Source: Candidatus Hadarchaeales archaeon | GTDB taxonomy: Archaea; Hadarchaeota; Hadarchaeia; Hadarchaeales; Hadarchaeaceae | NCBI GenBank assembly: GCA_038823825.1 | Contig: JAWBCC010000006.1 | Span: forward strand, 1-32,000 | Direction of reading: 5' to 3' | DNA length: 32,000 nt | Shown here: positions 10,089 through 21,738 of the stretch, in pieces | Numbering within the stretch: position 1 is the stretch's first letter | How the letters are laid out: the number at the start of each line of letters is the position of its first letter | Position numbers and translations under genes: made by a program | The notes under the pieces: model-generated | Databases searched by the model: none | Seen by the model: the letters and a program-made list of their open reading frames with translations, nothing else | Told to the model about the DNA's origin: nothing

Positions 10089-10810
10089 TCTCTGGAGTTG
10101 TTCCTCTTTCAACGATAGATTGGCCGGGAAAAATTTCGGTTGTTGTTTTCATGAGCGGATGCAATATGCGGTGTCCCTGGTGCCAAAACCCAGATTGCGT
10201 GCTTGGGGGAGTTAAAATGGAAATAGAGGAAGTTTTACGAACAATTGAAAGATCCATTCCAATGATCGACGCCATAATCCTTTCTGGAGGAGAACCAACA
10301 CTTCATCCGCAGGAATGTTTTGAAATCCTAAAGTTTGGAAAAAAGCTCGGACTTCTCGGAGCTTTAGAAACGAATGGAACACAGCCAGAAGTCTTGAGGG
10401 AGATCCTTCCATATTTGGACTTCTTGGCTGTGGACGTGAAGGCGCCCATATCCGACCCGAATCTTTACTCACTGGTCGCCGGTGGAGTTCAGGTGGATAC
10501 GGGAAAGATCGTGGAAAGTTTGAAAATTGCCATGGATTCTGGCATCGAACTGGAGCCTAGGACAACAATTGTGCCAGGACTGAACGACAATGAAACAATC
10601 GTTGAGAGAATCTGCAGGGATCTTCACGAAATCGGGGTGCGAAAACTCAGATTAACACAGTTCAGAAATGAGAGAACTCTTGACCCGGAGTTCCAGAAGA
10701 TACAACCGCCCAGCAGAGAAAAACTCATAAAGCTGGCACAGATTGCCCACCATTTGAAAATAGATGTGTGTATATTCACGGCGGAACGGGGATTGGAAAA
10801 AATTTCATGA
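10061..10810 (+). CDS. nrdG: Anaerobic ribonucleotide reductase activating protein, radical SAM (NrdG/PflA-like)
   Basis: 'ISVVVFMSGCNMRCPWCQNPDCV' matches the radical SAM CxxxCxxC pattern, with a TTG start overlapping the end of thyX. The cluster also contains nrdD. Confidence 0.85.
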   Translation: MSNVQGDPLISGVVPLSTIDWPGKISVVVFMSGCNMRCPWCQNPDCVLGGVKMEIEEVLRTIERSIPMIDAIILSGGEPTLHPQECFEILKFGKKLGLLGALETNGTQPEVLREILPYLDFLAVDVKAPISDPNLYSLVAGGVQVDTGKIVESLKIAMDSGIELEPRTTIVPGLNDNETIVERICRDLHEIGVRKLRLTQFRNERTLDPEFQKIQPPSREKLIKLAQIAHHLKIDVCIFTAERGLEKIS

Positions 10811-10827
10811 ATCGAAGTTTTCGTCAG

Positions 10828-11643
10828 CTATAGCTTTCCGGTGAGTACCCGGATGAGTCTTTCGCTTGTCTCCGTCAGAGATGACTGCTGAAGCTGGGGA
10901 GGATCTGCTTTTCCAACGATTATTTCGGCGAGCTTGTATATCGCCTCTGAGGCTTTGCAGTCCGGGTCGTAAACAACAAATGGCATCCCATGAAGCTCTG
11001 CCTCCTGAACTTTTCTGTCCTCCGGAATCTCGGTCAAGACATGAATTCCTTCGTATGCTCTGCTCAAAAACTCCTCTATTTCCTCGGGTGGGACTTCGGA
11101 TTTTCTTTCAACACGATTAACGACTACCCCTCTCGCCCAGCAACCCATCAAACCAGCGAAGCGGAGAACTTTGTAACCGTCAACTATGCTTGTGTAGGTG
11201 GGATTGCAAACGAGAAGCATCTCCTTGGCAGCAGCCATTGAGAGTATTGTTGTTTCTTGAAGACCTGCGGGGGCATCTATAAGGATGAAATCCGAAGAAC
11301 TCAGAAGATCTTGAATAACTTGGCGGACCTTTTTTCTATCTACTCCTGCGAGGGCTTCGTGGGCATCCTCGAACCTGAAGCCTGCCGGGAGTAGTCTTAC
11401 CCCGTGGCTTTCCCTCAAGGCTTCCGAAAGTTTTGCTCTACCTTTGATGACGTCGAGCAGACTCGCTTTTATCTGGTCTATGCCCATTACAAGAGCGAGG
11501 TTGGCCATCGTCAAGTCGGCATCCAAAATCGTGACTTTCTTACCCATAGCGGAAAGAGCCACACCTAAATTTGCCGCCAAGGTTGTCTTTCCCGTTCCTC
11601 CTTTACCGGAGGTTATCGAAATAGATCTGGGCCTGGGACGCAC
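10828..11643 (-). CDS. minD: MinD/ParA-family cell-division-type ATPase
   Basis: Deviant Walker A 'SITSGKGGTGKTTLAANLGVAL', 'DADLTMANLALVMG', 'DFILIDAPAGLQ'. Confidence 0.88.
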   Translation of the reverse strand: MRPRPRSISITSGKGGTGKTTLAANLGVALSAMGKKVTILDADLTMANLALVMGIDQIKASLLDVIKGRAKLSEALRESHGVRLLPAGFRFEDAHEALAGVDRKKVRQVIQDLLSSSDFILIDAPAGLQETTILSMAAAKEMLLVCNPTYTSIVDGYKVLRFAGLMGCWARGVVVNRVERKSEVPPEEIEEFLSRAYEGIHVLTEIPEDRKVQEAELHGMPFVVYDPDCKASEAIYKLAEIIVGKADPPQLQQSSLTETSERLIRVLTGKL

Positions 11644-11745
11644 TTTGCACCTCTCTTTTTATCGTGGCGAGGAGGTTTAAAAGTTAGAACATGACTATTT
11701 CTACGAATGTTTAAATTTCCTTAATACATAGAATAGTTTGATATC

Positions 11746-12315
11746 ATGACTGATAGAAAAAGGAGAAAACCATCAGACTTTTGGGATTGGGACGATTTCG
11801 AGGAACTTTTTGAAAAATTCATGAGAGATGCGTTAAGATTCTTCAAAGATATTGAAAAAGAGCAAGAGTTTTACATGCGCAAAGCACAACCAATGTTTGT
11901 TTCTTTTCGCATCGTTCAAGATGGGAAAAATCCTCCAAGAATAGAATTTTCACGTGGTGGGCCTGGAATTCGACCGGTAGAAGAAGTAAGGCCACATAAA
12001 ATCGAAATAAAGCCTGCAAAAATGGAGAAGAAACCCGGAGTGAAATACGAGGAAGCTCCGTATACTTACAATGTCGACCCGAGTAAAGTGAGCATCGAGA
12101 TAAACGTTGAGGGTGTTGAAAGCGAAGATAACATCGAAATGGATTTCGGAGAGGAATCTGTCGAAGTGAAGATATACTCGCCGAAAACTGGAAAGAACTA
12201 TTTTGCCGCACTTCCCCTGCCTGGAGAAGTTAACCCAGATGAAACAGAGATAAAAGTTGAGAAAGACAAAGTTGTGATCAAAATCCCGCGTGGATACACA
12301 ATCAGGCAGTATTGA
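11746..12315 (+). CDS. Hsp20/alpha-crystallin-like small heat-shock protein with acidic N-terminal extension
   Basis: C-terminal beta-sandwich-like 'VEVKIYSPKTGKNYFAALPLPGEVNPDETEIKVEKDKVVIKIPRG'. Lies directly upstream of the Cdc48 gene. Confidence 0.7.
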   Translation: MTDRKRRKPSDFWDWDDFEELFEKFMRDALRFFKDIEKEQEFYMRKAQPMFVSFRIVQDGKNPPRIEFSRGGPGIRPVEEVRPHKIEIKPAKMEKKPGVKYEEAPYTYNVDPSKVSIEINVEGVESEDNIEMDFGEESVEVKIYSPKTGKNYFAALPLPGEVNPDETEIKVEKDKVVIKIPRGYTIRQY

Positions 12316-12421
12316 GTTTAGAATTTTACTCTCTTAGCGAGTGTGCGACTTGATCGAGAGAGATATTTAAGAATTCCAAAGACATTTGAATTGGTTATCC
12401 GAATTTAGAATGGGGGAATAG

Positions 12422-14611
<2,190 letters not shown>

Positions 14612-14671
14612 CGTAACAGAACATTTCTGAAGGTTTATAAATAGTGTGTGTGATAAACGAATGGTGAGAGG

Positions 14672-14980
14672 TTGGCATACATACTTGCAAGCAAGCTCAG
14701 ATCAATACCAGTGATATCTGACCGGGGACTCCAAGTTGGAAAGGTGATCGACCTTTCTTTTGATGAAACAAGCGGAAAGATAATTTCACTCATCGTTAAA
14801 CCTGTAAGTAGCGAGGCCTTTACCAACTTTCCGAAAAACGAGGATGGGACCATCTCGCTTCCGTTTACCGCTGTTGTGTCAATAAAAGATTTCGTTGTCG
14901 TCAGCGAAAAAGTCATCGGAATTCACCTGATGAAAAGCACACCAGAAAAGCCCGAGTCCTCTTCCCTACCACCCGTATAG
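14672..14980 (+). CDS. PRC-barrel domain protein, 102 aa
   Basis: 'LASKLRSIPVISDRGLQVGKVIDLSFDETSGKIISLIVKPVS...LPFTAVVSIKDFVVVSE' is a PRC-barrel pattern. TTG start preceded by GGTGAG. Confidence 0.8.
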   Translation: MAYILASKLRSIPVISDRGLQVGKVIDLSFDETSGKIISLIVKPVSSEAFTNFPKNEDGTISLPFTAVVSIKDFVVVSEKVIGIHLMKSTPEKPESSSLPPV

Positions 14981-15658
14981 AAGCCTACTCGCAAGAGAGG
15001 ACGGAAGCGATTCCTTCTTCATCAGAGAAATTTCTTCTTCTACGGGATACTTCACGCGCTTTATCTCCACGCGCGGATTCTCTCCTCTGAGATCGAGAAC
15101 CGCAAATCCTGCGTTTGGATTTCTGTCTTTAGGATGACCGACGCTTCCCGGATTTATGACGAGTTTACCGAAAAACATCTTGAAGAATTGTAGATGTGTG
15201 TGACCAATGATCACGATGTCGGCGTCCACATCGGCTAATATTTTTGAAAGACTTTCATTTGGCATCTCGGGGGAGACTCTACCATAGAGAGCATCACTTG
15301 GGCTGCCGTGAACTACCATGATCTTGAAACCGCCAATCTTTGTCTCTATTTTCTTTGGCAAACCTCTCAAAAACTTCATCGTTTCGTCATCGAGCTTTGC
15401 TCTCGTCCATGCACATGCTGTTTTGAACTCTTCAGAAAGTCTTTCAAAAGAGCCTGTGATGACCGCTAAATCGCAGTCACCAAGCACGCAGGATATTTTT
15501 TTCCTTTTCACAAGTCTTACAACCTGCTTAGGCCTGACACACATGCCAACGAGATCTCCAGCACAAAAGATTTTCTCCACTCTGGGCATCTCTCTCATCA
15601 CGGCACGGAAGGCTGAGAGATTTCCATGCACATCCGCGATCAGACCTATTCTCATCAA
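14966..15658 (-). CDS. Calcineurin-like metallophosphoesterase (YfcE/MJ0936-like)
   Basis: 'IGLIADVHGNLSAFRAV', 'IFCAGDLVG', 'MVVHGSP', 'IVIIGHTHLQ', 'VINPGSVG'. Confidence 0.92.
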   Translation of the reverse strand: MMRIGLIADVHGNLSAFRAVMREMPRVEKIFCAGDLVGMCVRPKQVVRLVKRKKISCVLGDCDLAVITGSFERLSEEFKTACAWTRAKLDDETMKFLRGLPKKIETKIGGFKIMVVHGSPSDALYGRVSPEMPNESLSKILADVDADIVIIGHTHLQFFKMFFGKLVINPGSVGHPKDRNPNAGFAVLDLRGENPRVEIKRVKYPVEEEISLMKKESLPSSLASRLLYGW

Positions 15659-15679
15659 CCAAAATCGTATCCAGAATCT

Positions 15680-16363
15680 TTAAAGTAAACCTGCGAGAAT
15701 CGCCTCAATGACTTCGATGACACCGTCGCCATCTGGAGAATTCGTTACACCTGTGCATATTCGCTTCACATCATCAGGCGAATCGGCCACGGCGAAGCTC
15801 TTTCCAGCAGTTTTGAGAAGTTCGATGTCGTTCGGACCGTCGGCCACGGCAACTATCTCTTCCAAGGGAATTCCAAGTGATTCTGCGACAGCTCTCAAAG
15901 CGTTTCCCTTGTTGACATGTGGCTCTTTTATATGAATGGCAAACCCAGAATCAACAACAGCAAGATTGAACCCGTGCAAGATCAGAGTTTTTCGAACGTC
16001 TTCAACTGAAACCGTCCGCTCTATCGCTCCCCCGGCTAACCTGAAAGGAGAGCTCCTCGTTTCAACAACCCCAAGTTCCCTCTTCAAAACCTCAAGAGCT
16101 CTGTCAACCTCCTCTCGTCCCCCCAGCAATCTCATTTTCTTATTTATGAGCAAAACGCCCCCATCCTCGGCTATCAGCGGACCTGAAATTCCGATCATCG
16201 TTGCTACGGCATCCACAAACGGAAGAACGTTGCCACTCGCCAAGCAAATTTTGAGACCTCTTTCCTCAGCTTTTCTCATCGCCTCGGCTGCTCTAAGGTT
16301 CAGTTTTCTTTGCCTATCCGTTATCGTTCCATCTATGTCTAGGACGAGAAGTCTTGCCGTCAC
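15680..16363 (-). CDS. HAD-superfamily phosphoglycolate phosphatase, archaeal (TA0175-like) type
   Basis: '[17 protein letters not shown]', '[13 protein letters not shown]', '[20 protein letters not shown]'. GTG start overlaps the radA stop by 4 nt. Confidence 0.88.
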   Translation of the reverse strand: MTARLLVLDIDGTITDRQRKLNLRAAEAMRKAEERGLKICLASGNVLPFVDAVATMIGISGPLIAEDGGVLLINKKMRLLGGREEVDRALEVLKRELGVVETRSSPFRLAGGAIERTVSVEDVRKTLILHGFNLAVVDSGFAIHIKEPHVNKGNALRAVAESLGIPLEEIVAVADGPNDIELLKTAGKSFAVADSPDDVKRICTGVTNSPDGDGVIEVIEAILAGLL

Positions 16364-17310
16364 TCAGTGTCCCTTATTCCATCCTGCGTTATGGCAAAAA
16401 CCACTTCTCTTTCTGGCAAACAGGGGCTATCGTATATCCTCGCTATCCTCTTTGGGTTCTTCGATTTTCTGAGGTATATCCTGGTAGTCGCGGCATGAGC
16501 TAGAATATGGCCACCCACTGGTTTGGTCGGGTCTCCAAAAAACATGCTCGGATCAGCCAAAACTTGATTCGTAACATAAACGGCGAGATCAAAGGAATCC
16601 GCCAAGTAGTGGAGATCCATTAGATGTCTGTTCAGCTTCTGTTGTCTCTCAGGCATTTTTTCTCTTCCATGATATTCCGCACGGAAAAGCGAGGTGACGG
16701 AATCAACTACAACAAGTTTTATGTTTTCCTTCTCCGCAAACTCCTCGATCTTTTTGACCATCACCATTTGCTGATCCGTGCTGTAAACCCTTGCCACCTT
16801 TATATTCTTGAGCACGCTCGTCGGATCCAGACCGACAGCGATCGCCATATCCCTTATCCTTTCCGGCCTGAAGGTGTTTTCAGTATCGATATAAACCGCT
16901 TTCCCCCCCAAACCGCCCATTTCGCGTGGAAGTTGAACATTAACGCAGAGCTGGTGAGCGAGCTGTGTTTTTCCGGATCCAAACTCACCAAATGCCTCCG
17001 TCACGGCCTGCGTCTCCACGCCACCTCCCAAAAGCTCGTCAAGCTTCTTGCTTCCAGTTGTTATCCATCCTATCTTTTCTCTCCTCCTGAGCATATCCTC
17101 CCCAGTCATAAAGTTGTCAAAGCCAAGCACCTCCCTCGCAGCGGATATTATCTTCCGAGCAGTCGCTTCTCCGATTTCCGCGACGGAGATCAGTTCATCG
17201 ACGGAAACTGTTGCCAGAGAACGTACACTCGAAAAACCGGCTGTTCTGAGTTTTTCCGCTATTGCAGGCCCGATGCCGGGCAAATCTTCCAACTTGAGAT
17301 TTTCCCTCAT
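16360..17310 (-). CDS. radA: DNA repair and recombination protein RadA, 316 aa
   Basis: N-terminal helix-hairpin-helix '[17 protein letters not shown]', Walker A '[16 protein letters not shown]', '[11 protein letters not shown]'. Confidence 0.97.
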   Translation of the reverse strand: MRENLKLEDLPGIGPAIAEKLRTAGFSSVRSLATVSVDELISVAEIGEATARKIISAAREVLGFDNFMTGEDMLRRREKIGWITTGSKKLDELLGGGVETQAVTEAFGEFGSGKTQLAHQLCVNVQLPREMGGLGGKAVYIDTENTFRPERIRDMAIAVGLDPTSVLKNIKVARVYSTDQQMVMVKKIEEFAEKENIKLVVVDSVTSLFRAEYHGREKMPERQQKLNRHLMDLHYLADSFDLAVYVTNQVLADPSMFFGDPTKPVGGHILAHAATTRIYLRKSKNPKRIARIYDSPCLPEREVVFAITQDGIRDTE

Positions 17311-19340
17311 TTCTCTTCCACCTTAAACTCTTCCCTCATCATTTTTATCTTCTGGAGTAGCGCGTCCGCTTCCTTCGTCGGCTCAACTGGAATGATTTCC
17401 CTTGCTCGGATTTCCAGCATCCCTGAAAACACATCCTGCTTGAGAGTTCCCCGAACCACGATTTCTTTTCCTAACACCTTCTGCACCGCTTCATCCGGAG
17501 ATTTCACAATTTCCTCCAAATTTGAGCCAACCAAACGCTCCACCAGCTCGCCGAAAGTGGCAACTCTTATCACACCGGAACCGTCGTCCAAAAGAAAACC
17601 TAGAACCGCTCTCGGCTTCGGTTCTACCACCCCACAGATTGGACAGAGGTTTCCTTCTTCGGAGGTAATCGTGCGAGAGCATCTCGGGCATACATTGAAA
17701 TATGGTCGTCTCGTCAAAATCTGTGCGATTGTGCCTCTTACTTCCACCTTTTCCCCAGGTTGCTGGAGTTCAGATATTTTCTTTCTCTCTTCCACCGGTA
17801 GCGCCGCTTCAACAGAGATTCCTGGCGGGTTGATTTCCATCACAGTCGTTTCACTGGTCTGAATTTCCACACCGTTCTGGAAACCTGGCACGCTGTAAAC
17901 GTCTATCAGCCTTATGACATCGTTGACTCTTATATCATTCACTCTCTCCGCCAACTCGCCCCAAAGAGAAACCCTGAGAGACCCAGAATCGTCGGCTATC
18001 CTGATTGAAGCCACCTTGCCAGTTGTTCCATCACTTCGCTGAAACTCTCTCACCGGCGAAACTTCTATAACTTTACCGACGACTTCTAAACATTCCATGT
18101 TCGGTTCCACTTCCGCGAGCTTCAATCTCACCGGTTTTATGTCTGCAACATCAACAGTGTTGATCTCTACCTTCGTTTCCTTTCCGACGTGGAGCTCTGG
18201 AAAGCCGCTTGGTCCAACCTTTGAATAAGCTTTTCTGACTAAAACCACGTCACCAACCTTGAGCGAATCTGATATCTTTACATTATCGTCCCAAAATGTC
18301 AATCTTATCGTTCCGGTCTCATCCGCTATAACAACACTCTGTATTTTTTTCAATGTGCCATCTTGCATTTTTACCTCGACCGGTCTCTGCTTCCTCTTTA
18401 CTCTTCCAGCTATGTTCACGTAGGCCATTGGTCCGATCACGTCTTTTATTTTCAGTAAAGGTGGTGACACGCTCGCTAGCTTCTCACCTTCCGGCGGGTT
18501 TACTATAATTCTCGATCTCTCGTCGATACTCAGCTCTGGGGTTTTGAAAGCACCGGTTTTCACCAGAGCGTTCTCGATCCTTACCACATCCCCCGGATTG
18601 CGCTTCTCAACTTCGTCTACCATCAAACCCCAAGCAGAAACCCTCACAACGTTTTTTCCGTCCGTGATAAAGAAGGAAACTACCTTTCCCACACTTCCGT
18701 CTTCTCTCTCAAACATTCTCACATCTGTTTTAGAGATAATTTTCCCGACGACATCTACTTCCATTCCTTCTCTGAGCTCCGAAAGGCTTACAGGAGATTC
18801 TGGAACCCATGGAAGATTTTCAACATCGACATCGGGCGGGTCTAGCTCAAGCGATCCACCAAATCCGAGCGAGAGCTCTGGCTTTCCATCCATTCCCTGT
18901 CTGACGTAACCATTTCTCAACCTGAGTATCCTACCTCTTCTTATCTCACCATCGAGGAGAGCATTCGCCTTCTCTCCCCAAAGAACTAACCTTACCATTC
19001 CCGTTTCATCGGCCAAGAAAACGCTTCCGATTTGTCCGCGCCTTCCATCCGAATATTCAAATTCTTTAGGAGGCAACACTCTCATGATCCTTCCCACAAC
19101 CTCAACTTTCGACATCCCTGGGAGAAGATCCGAAATCTTAAGCTGAACTGGAGCCGGGGTTGACAGCCTGAAGCTAAGACCGTATTCCCTTCCAACCAAA
19201 ATCGCTGCTGCCTTCAAGTTTATTATTCCTATATTCTGCTTTGTCTTCCATATTCTATCCAAGACTTCTTCCCTAGTAAGCCCACTCCTTCTGACTATCT
19301 CATCAACTATCTCATCGAACTCCATCGGCTGTGGATCCAT
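17307..19340 (-). CDS. Replication factor A/single-stranded DNA-binding protein with multiple OB folds and C4 zinc finger, 677 aa
   Basis: Repeated OB-fold blocks ('[12 protein letters not shown]', '[13 protein letters not shown]', '[12 protein letters not shown]'), and zinc finger '[19 protein letters not shown]'. Architecture resembles MJ1159-type euryarchaeal RPA. Confidence 0.92.
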   Translation of the reverse strand: MDPQPMEFDEIVDEIVRRSGLTREEVLDRIWKTKQNIGIINLKAAAILVGREYGLSFRLSTPAPVQLKISDLLPGMSKVEVVGRIMRVLPPKEFEYSDGRRGQIGSVFLADETGMVRLVLWGEKANALLDGEIRRGRILRLRNGYVRQGMDGKPELSLGFGGSLELDPPDVDVENLPWVPESPVSLSELREGMEVDVVGKIISKTDVRMFEREDGSVGKVVSFFITDGKNVVRVSAWGLMVDEVEKRNPGDVVRIENALVKTGAFKTPELSIDERSRIIVNPPEGEKLASVSPPLLKIKDVIGPMAYVNIAGRVKRKQRPVEVKMQDGTLKKIQSVVIADETGTIRLTFWDDNVKISDSLKVGDVVLVRKAYSKVGPSGFPELHVGKETKVEINTVDVADIKPVRLKLAEVEPNMECLEVVGKVIEVSPVREFQRSDGTTGKVASIRIADDSGSLRVSLWGELAERVNDIRVNDVIRLIDVYSVPGFQNGVEIQTSETTVMEINPPGISVEAALPVEERKKISELQQPGEKVEVRGTIAQILTRRPYFNVCPRCSRTITSEEGNLCPICGVVEPKPRAVLGFLLDDGSGVIRVATFGELVERLVGSNLEEIVKSPDEAVQKVLGKEIVVRGTLKQDVFSGMLEIRAREIIPVEPTKEADALLQKIKMMREEFKVEEK

Positions 19341-19407
19341 TATCCTCCCTCGATGAAAACTCCTCCCACGTAAGAAAAACCGATTTTGAAGAGGTGAAGG
19401 AATGTAA

Positions 19408-20670
19408 TCATCCCTTCTTCAACTCCTCCAAGATTTCCTTTGCTCTATCTACCCTTATCTTCCTCTCCGCAACCATTCTCTCCGCAACGATATCCACGAG
19501 TTCCCCTTCTGCTCCAGCCATCATCGCTATGTTTCTCGCGTGGAGCTTCATGTGCCCTCTCTGTATACCTTCCGTCGCAAGAGCTCTCATAGCCGCAAGG
19601 TTATTCGCAAGTCCTACGGCCGCCATCACCTCTCCCAGTTCCCTCGCGCTTTTAACCCCAAGAATCTTTCTGCAGATTTTCGCCAAAGGATGAACTGCCG
19701 TTACTCCTCCGACTACGCCTACGGCGACGGGGAGCTCCACTTCTCCAAGCAAATCTCCATCGGAAGTTTTCGACCATCTCGAAAGAGGTCTATATCTCCC
19801 ATCCATGGCAGCATAAGCGTGAGCTCCTGCCTCCAGCGCCCTAGTGTCGTTTGCCGTCGCCAGAGCAACCGCTATCACCCCATTCATTATTCCCTTGTTG
19901 TGTGTTACACATCTGAAGATATCTGAAACAGCGAAAGCGTACGCGTCAAGAATGGCCTCGACAACCTCCTCCCCACCGAGAGCCTCTTTAGCGAAGACCG
20001 CTTTGGCCCTTGCGAGTCTGTAGATGGCTAGATTTGAAACTATTCGAAGCCTCACCTTTCCACCTGTGATTTTTTCGAGAAGCGGAGCAACGGCCTCGCT
20101 CATCGTGTTTATAACATTTGCTCCCATCGCATCTCTCACGTCAACGAGAAGATGTACAACCACCATCGGACCTCTTTCTGTCTGTATTTCGCGGGCCTCA
20201 AGATCAACAGCTCCCCCTCCGAGTTTCACGAGAACGGGATCCTGCTCGTTGGCTTTCTTGAGAATCTCTTCCTTTGCCGCTCGGATGTCTGCGCAGGCCT
20301 TTTTCGGATCATTTACGTTTACAAGCTGAATCTGTCCGATCATGACGGGCTGGGTGCTTTCGGTGAAAAATCCCCCCCTCACTCTCGCCATTTTTGCAGC
20401 ATTCGAAGCCGCGGCAACAACGGAGGGTTCCTCTATTGCCATCGGAACGAGATAATCTCTTCCATTTATTCTGAAGTTCGTGGCGATGCCTATCGGAAGA
20501 GGCATTATACCCACGACGTTCTCGATCATTCTGTTTGCTTGATCGAGTGGAAGAAGACCTTCCTTCAAAATTTCTACTTCTTCTTCTGTCAAATCGGCAA
20601 ACTCTTTCACAATTTTCAGTCTTTCTTCCGGTGGCAGCTTGTAAAAACCAGGAAGTTCAGAAGTTTTCAT
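19408..20670 (-). CDS. 3-hydroxy-3-methylglutaryl-CoA reductase, class II-like, ~420 aa; start trimmed from ORF-track 20844
   Basis: 'MIENVVGIMPLPIGIATNFRINGRDYLVPMAIEEPSVVAAASNAAKMAR' resembles class II (Pseudomonas mevalonii-type) enzymes. Start MKTSELPGF at 20670; a TATA-like TTTATAAAT sits ~28 nt upstream. Confidence 0.92.
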   Translation of the reverse strand: MKTSELPGFYKLPPEERLKIVKEFADLTEEEVEILKEGLLPLDQANRMIENVVGIMPLPIGIATNFRINGRDYLVPMAIEEPSVVAAASNAAKMARVRGGFFTESTQPVMIGQIQLVNVNDPKKACADIRAAKEEILKKANEQDPVLVKLGGGAVDLEAREIQTERGPMVVVHLLVDVRDAMGANVINTMSEAVAPLLEKITGGKVRLRIVSNLAIYRLARAKAVFAKEALGGEEVVEAILDAYAFAVSDIFRCVTHNKGIMNGVIAVALATANDTRALEAGAHAYAAMDGRYRPLSRWSKTSDGDLLGEVELPVAVGVVGGVTAVHPLAKICRKILGVKSARELGEVMAAVGLANNLAAMRALATEGIQRGHMKLHARNIAMMAGAEGELVDIVAERMVAERKIRVDRAKEILEELKKG

Positions 20671-20692
20671 CAAAGATAATTGCTTCAGTGCA

Positions 20693-20703
20693 GATTTATA
20701 AAT
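20693..20703 (-). promoter_or_regulatory. TATA-box-like element for HMG-CoA reductase, consistent with a leaderless transcript
   Basis: Minus strand TTTATAAAT centred ~28 nt upstream of the ATG at 20670. Confidence 0.5.
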
Positions 20704-20735
20704 TAACACACGGAAGTGCTGAATCGTTACATACA

Positions 20736-21515
20736 TTATGGTGAAATTATCTGCGCTTCTCTCACACTTAAATCGGGCTCGATGATCAACATCTGGCCCA
20801 ATTCTATTTTCTCCCATTTTTCTTTGGTTAACTTTTCTGAGCATACCAGCACGGCTTTCTCACCCTTTAATGATTTGCTCCGCAATAGTGCTTTAGTCTC
20901 ATCCGATGTAAATTCAAACAAACCTGGCTCGGATGGGTCTCTTTTTAGGAAAAACAGCGAGTAATAATCCTCCGCATATTTTGAATATCTAAACGAGTAA
21001 AGGCGTTCTCCATCAGAGAGCAAAAAGTTCAATCCGCCGTAGCTTTTTTTCGCAACTTCCTCGATGGCTTTCTTTACTCCTTCTTCAAAATCTTCACTTT
21101 CTTCGATGCATTGCAAAATCCAGTAGAAATAAACCTCTGAATCGGTTTTCCCTTCTATTTCTCTTTTATATTCGGAATTTAAGAGCTGGAGCAAATATTC
21201 CCTATCACAAACCCCATTATGAGCAAACAGCCAGTTTTTATACGCAAAGGGATGCGAGTTTCTTTTCGATGGTGGAGCTCCCGATCCCTTTCTTACATGA
21301 GCAATAATGATATGCGACATGACTTCCCTGGATAGTTTGAGAGATTTCTCACTGCGCGCGCGTATTCCTTCTTTGAAAATTTTGGGATGACCGTTTTCAT
21401 ACCATCCAATTCCCCATCCGTCGGGATTACTCATTGAAAATTTCTCAACAAATTTTCCTAGCGAAAATTCGATATCCACGGGCTTGCTTGCTATTAATCC
21501 CAATAGTCTACACAT
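20736..21515 (-). CDS. Class II glutamine amidotransferase (Ntn-type, YafJ-like); start trimmed from 21527
   Basis: Starting at 21515 gives MCRLLG, placing the conserved nucleophile Cys at position 2. Downstream motifs: 'NPDGWGIGWY', 'IAHVRKGSG', 'NSHPFAYKNWLFAHNGVC'. Confidence 0.88.
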   Translation of the reverse strand: MCRLLGLIASKPVDIEFSLGKFVEKFSMSNPDGWGIGWYENGHPKIFKEGIRARSEKSLKLSREVMSHIIIAHVRKGSGAPPSKRNSHPFAYKNWLFAHNGVCDREYLLQLLNSEYKREIEGKTDSEVYFYWILQCIEESEDFEEGVKKAIEEVAKKSYGGLNFLLSDGERLYSFRYSKYAEDYYSLFFLKRDPSEPGLFEFTSDETKALLRSKSLKGEKAVLVCSEKLTKEKWEKIELGQMLIIEPDLSVREAQIISP

Positions 21516-21545
21516 TTTTCTTTCCATAAGCTGTTTCGGGCGGGA

Positions 21546-21557
21546 AATTTATAATTT
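21546..21557 (-). promoter_or_regulatory. TATA-box-like element for the class II glutamine amidotransferase gene
   Basis: Minus strand AATTATAAATTT centred ~37 nt upstream of the MCRLLG start at 21515. Confidence 0.45.
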
Positions 21558-21738
21558 CGCCTTGGCCTAGCGTGGGAATTCCACACCCGAGGTAATCGCG
21601 GTAATGTTATCCGAGATTATGTCGGAGACGCTATTGATCAACACAGAAATCGGCGAGAGATCGTGGATGTTATCTTCGGAGGTTGCAGATACTGAAACAC
21701 ATATTATTTATGTTAAGCTTTCAAAAAATGGATAAAAC

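Noticed and set aside
16624-17862. 412-aa + strand ORF
   Set aside because: Antisense to radA and rpa, which have unambiguous family motifs. The translated sequence is low quality and unrecognisable.
20671-20844. 58-aa N-terminal extension of HMG-CoA reductase in the ORF track
   Set aside because: It would overlap the upstream amidotransferase gene and the TATA box, and is not conserved-looking. Start at 20670 preferred.
21604-21735. 43-aa + strand ORF (MLSEIMSETLLINTEIGERSWMLSSEVADTETHIIYVKLSKNG) in the gap between the amidotransferase and ileS genes
   Set aside because: No clear ribosome-binding site or family. The nearby TATA-like box is better explained as the amidotransferase promoter. 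Left as unproven.
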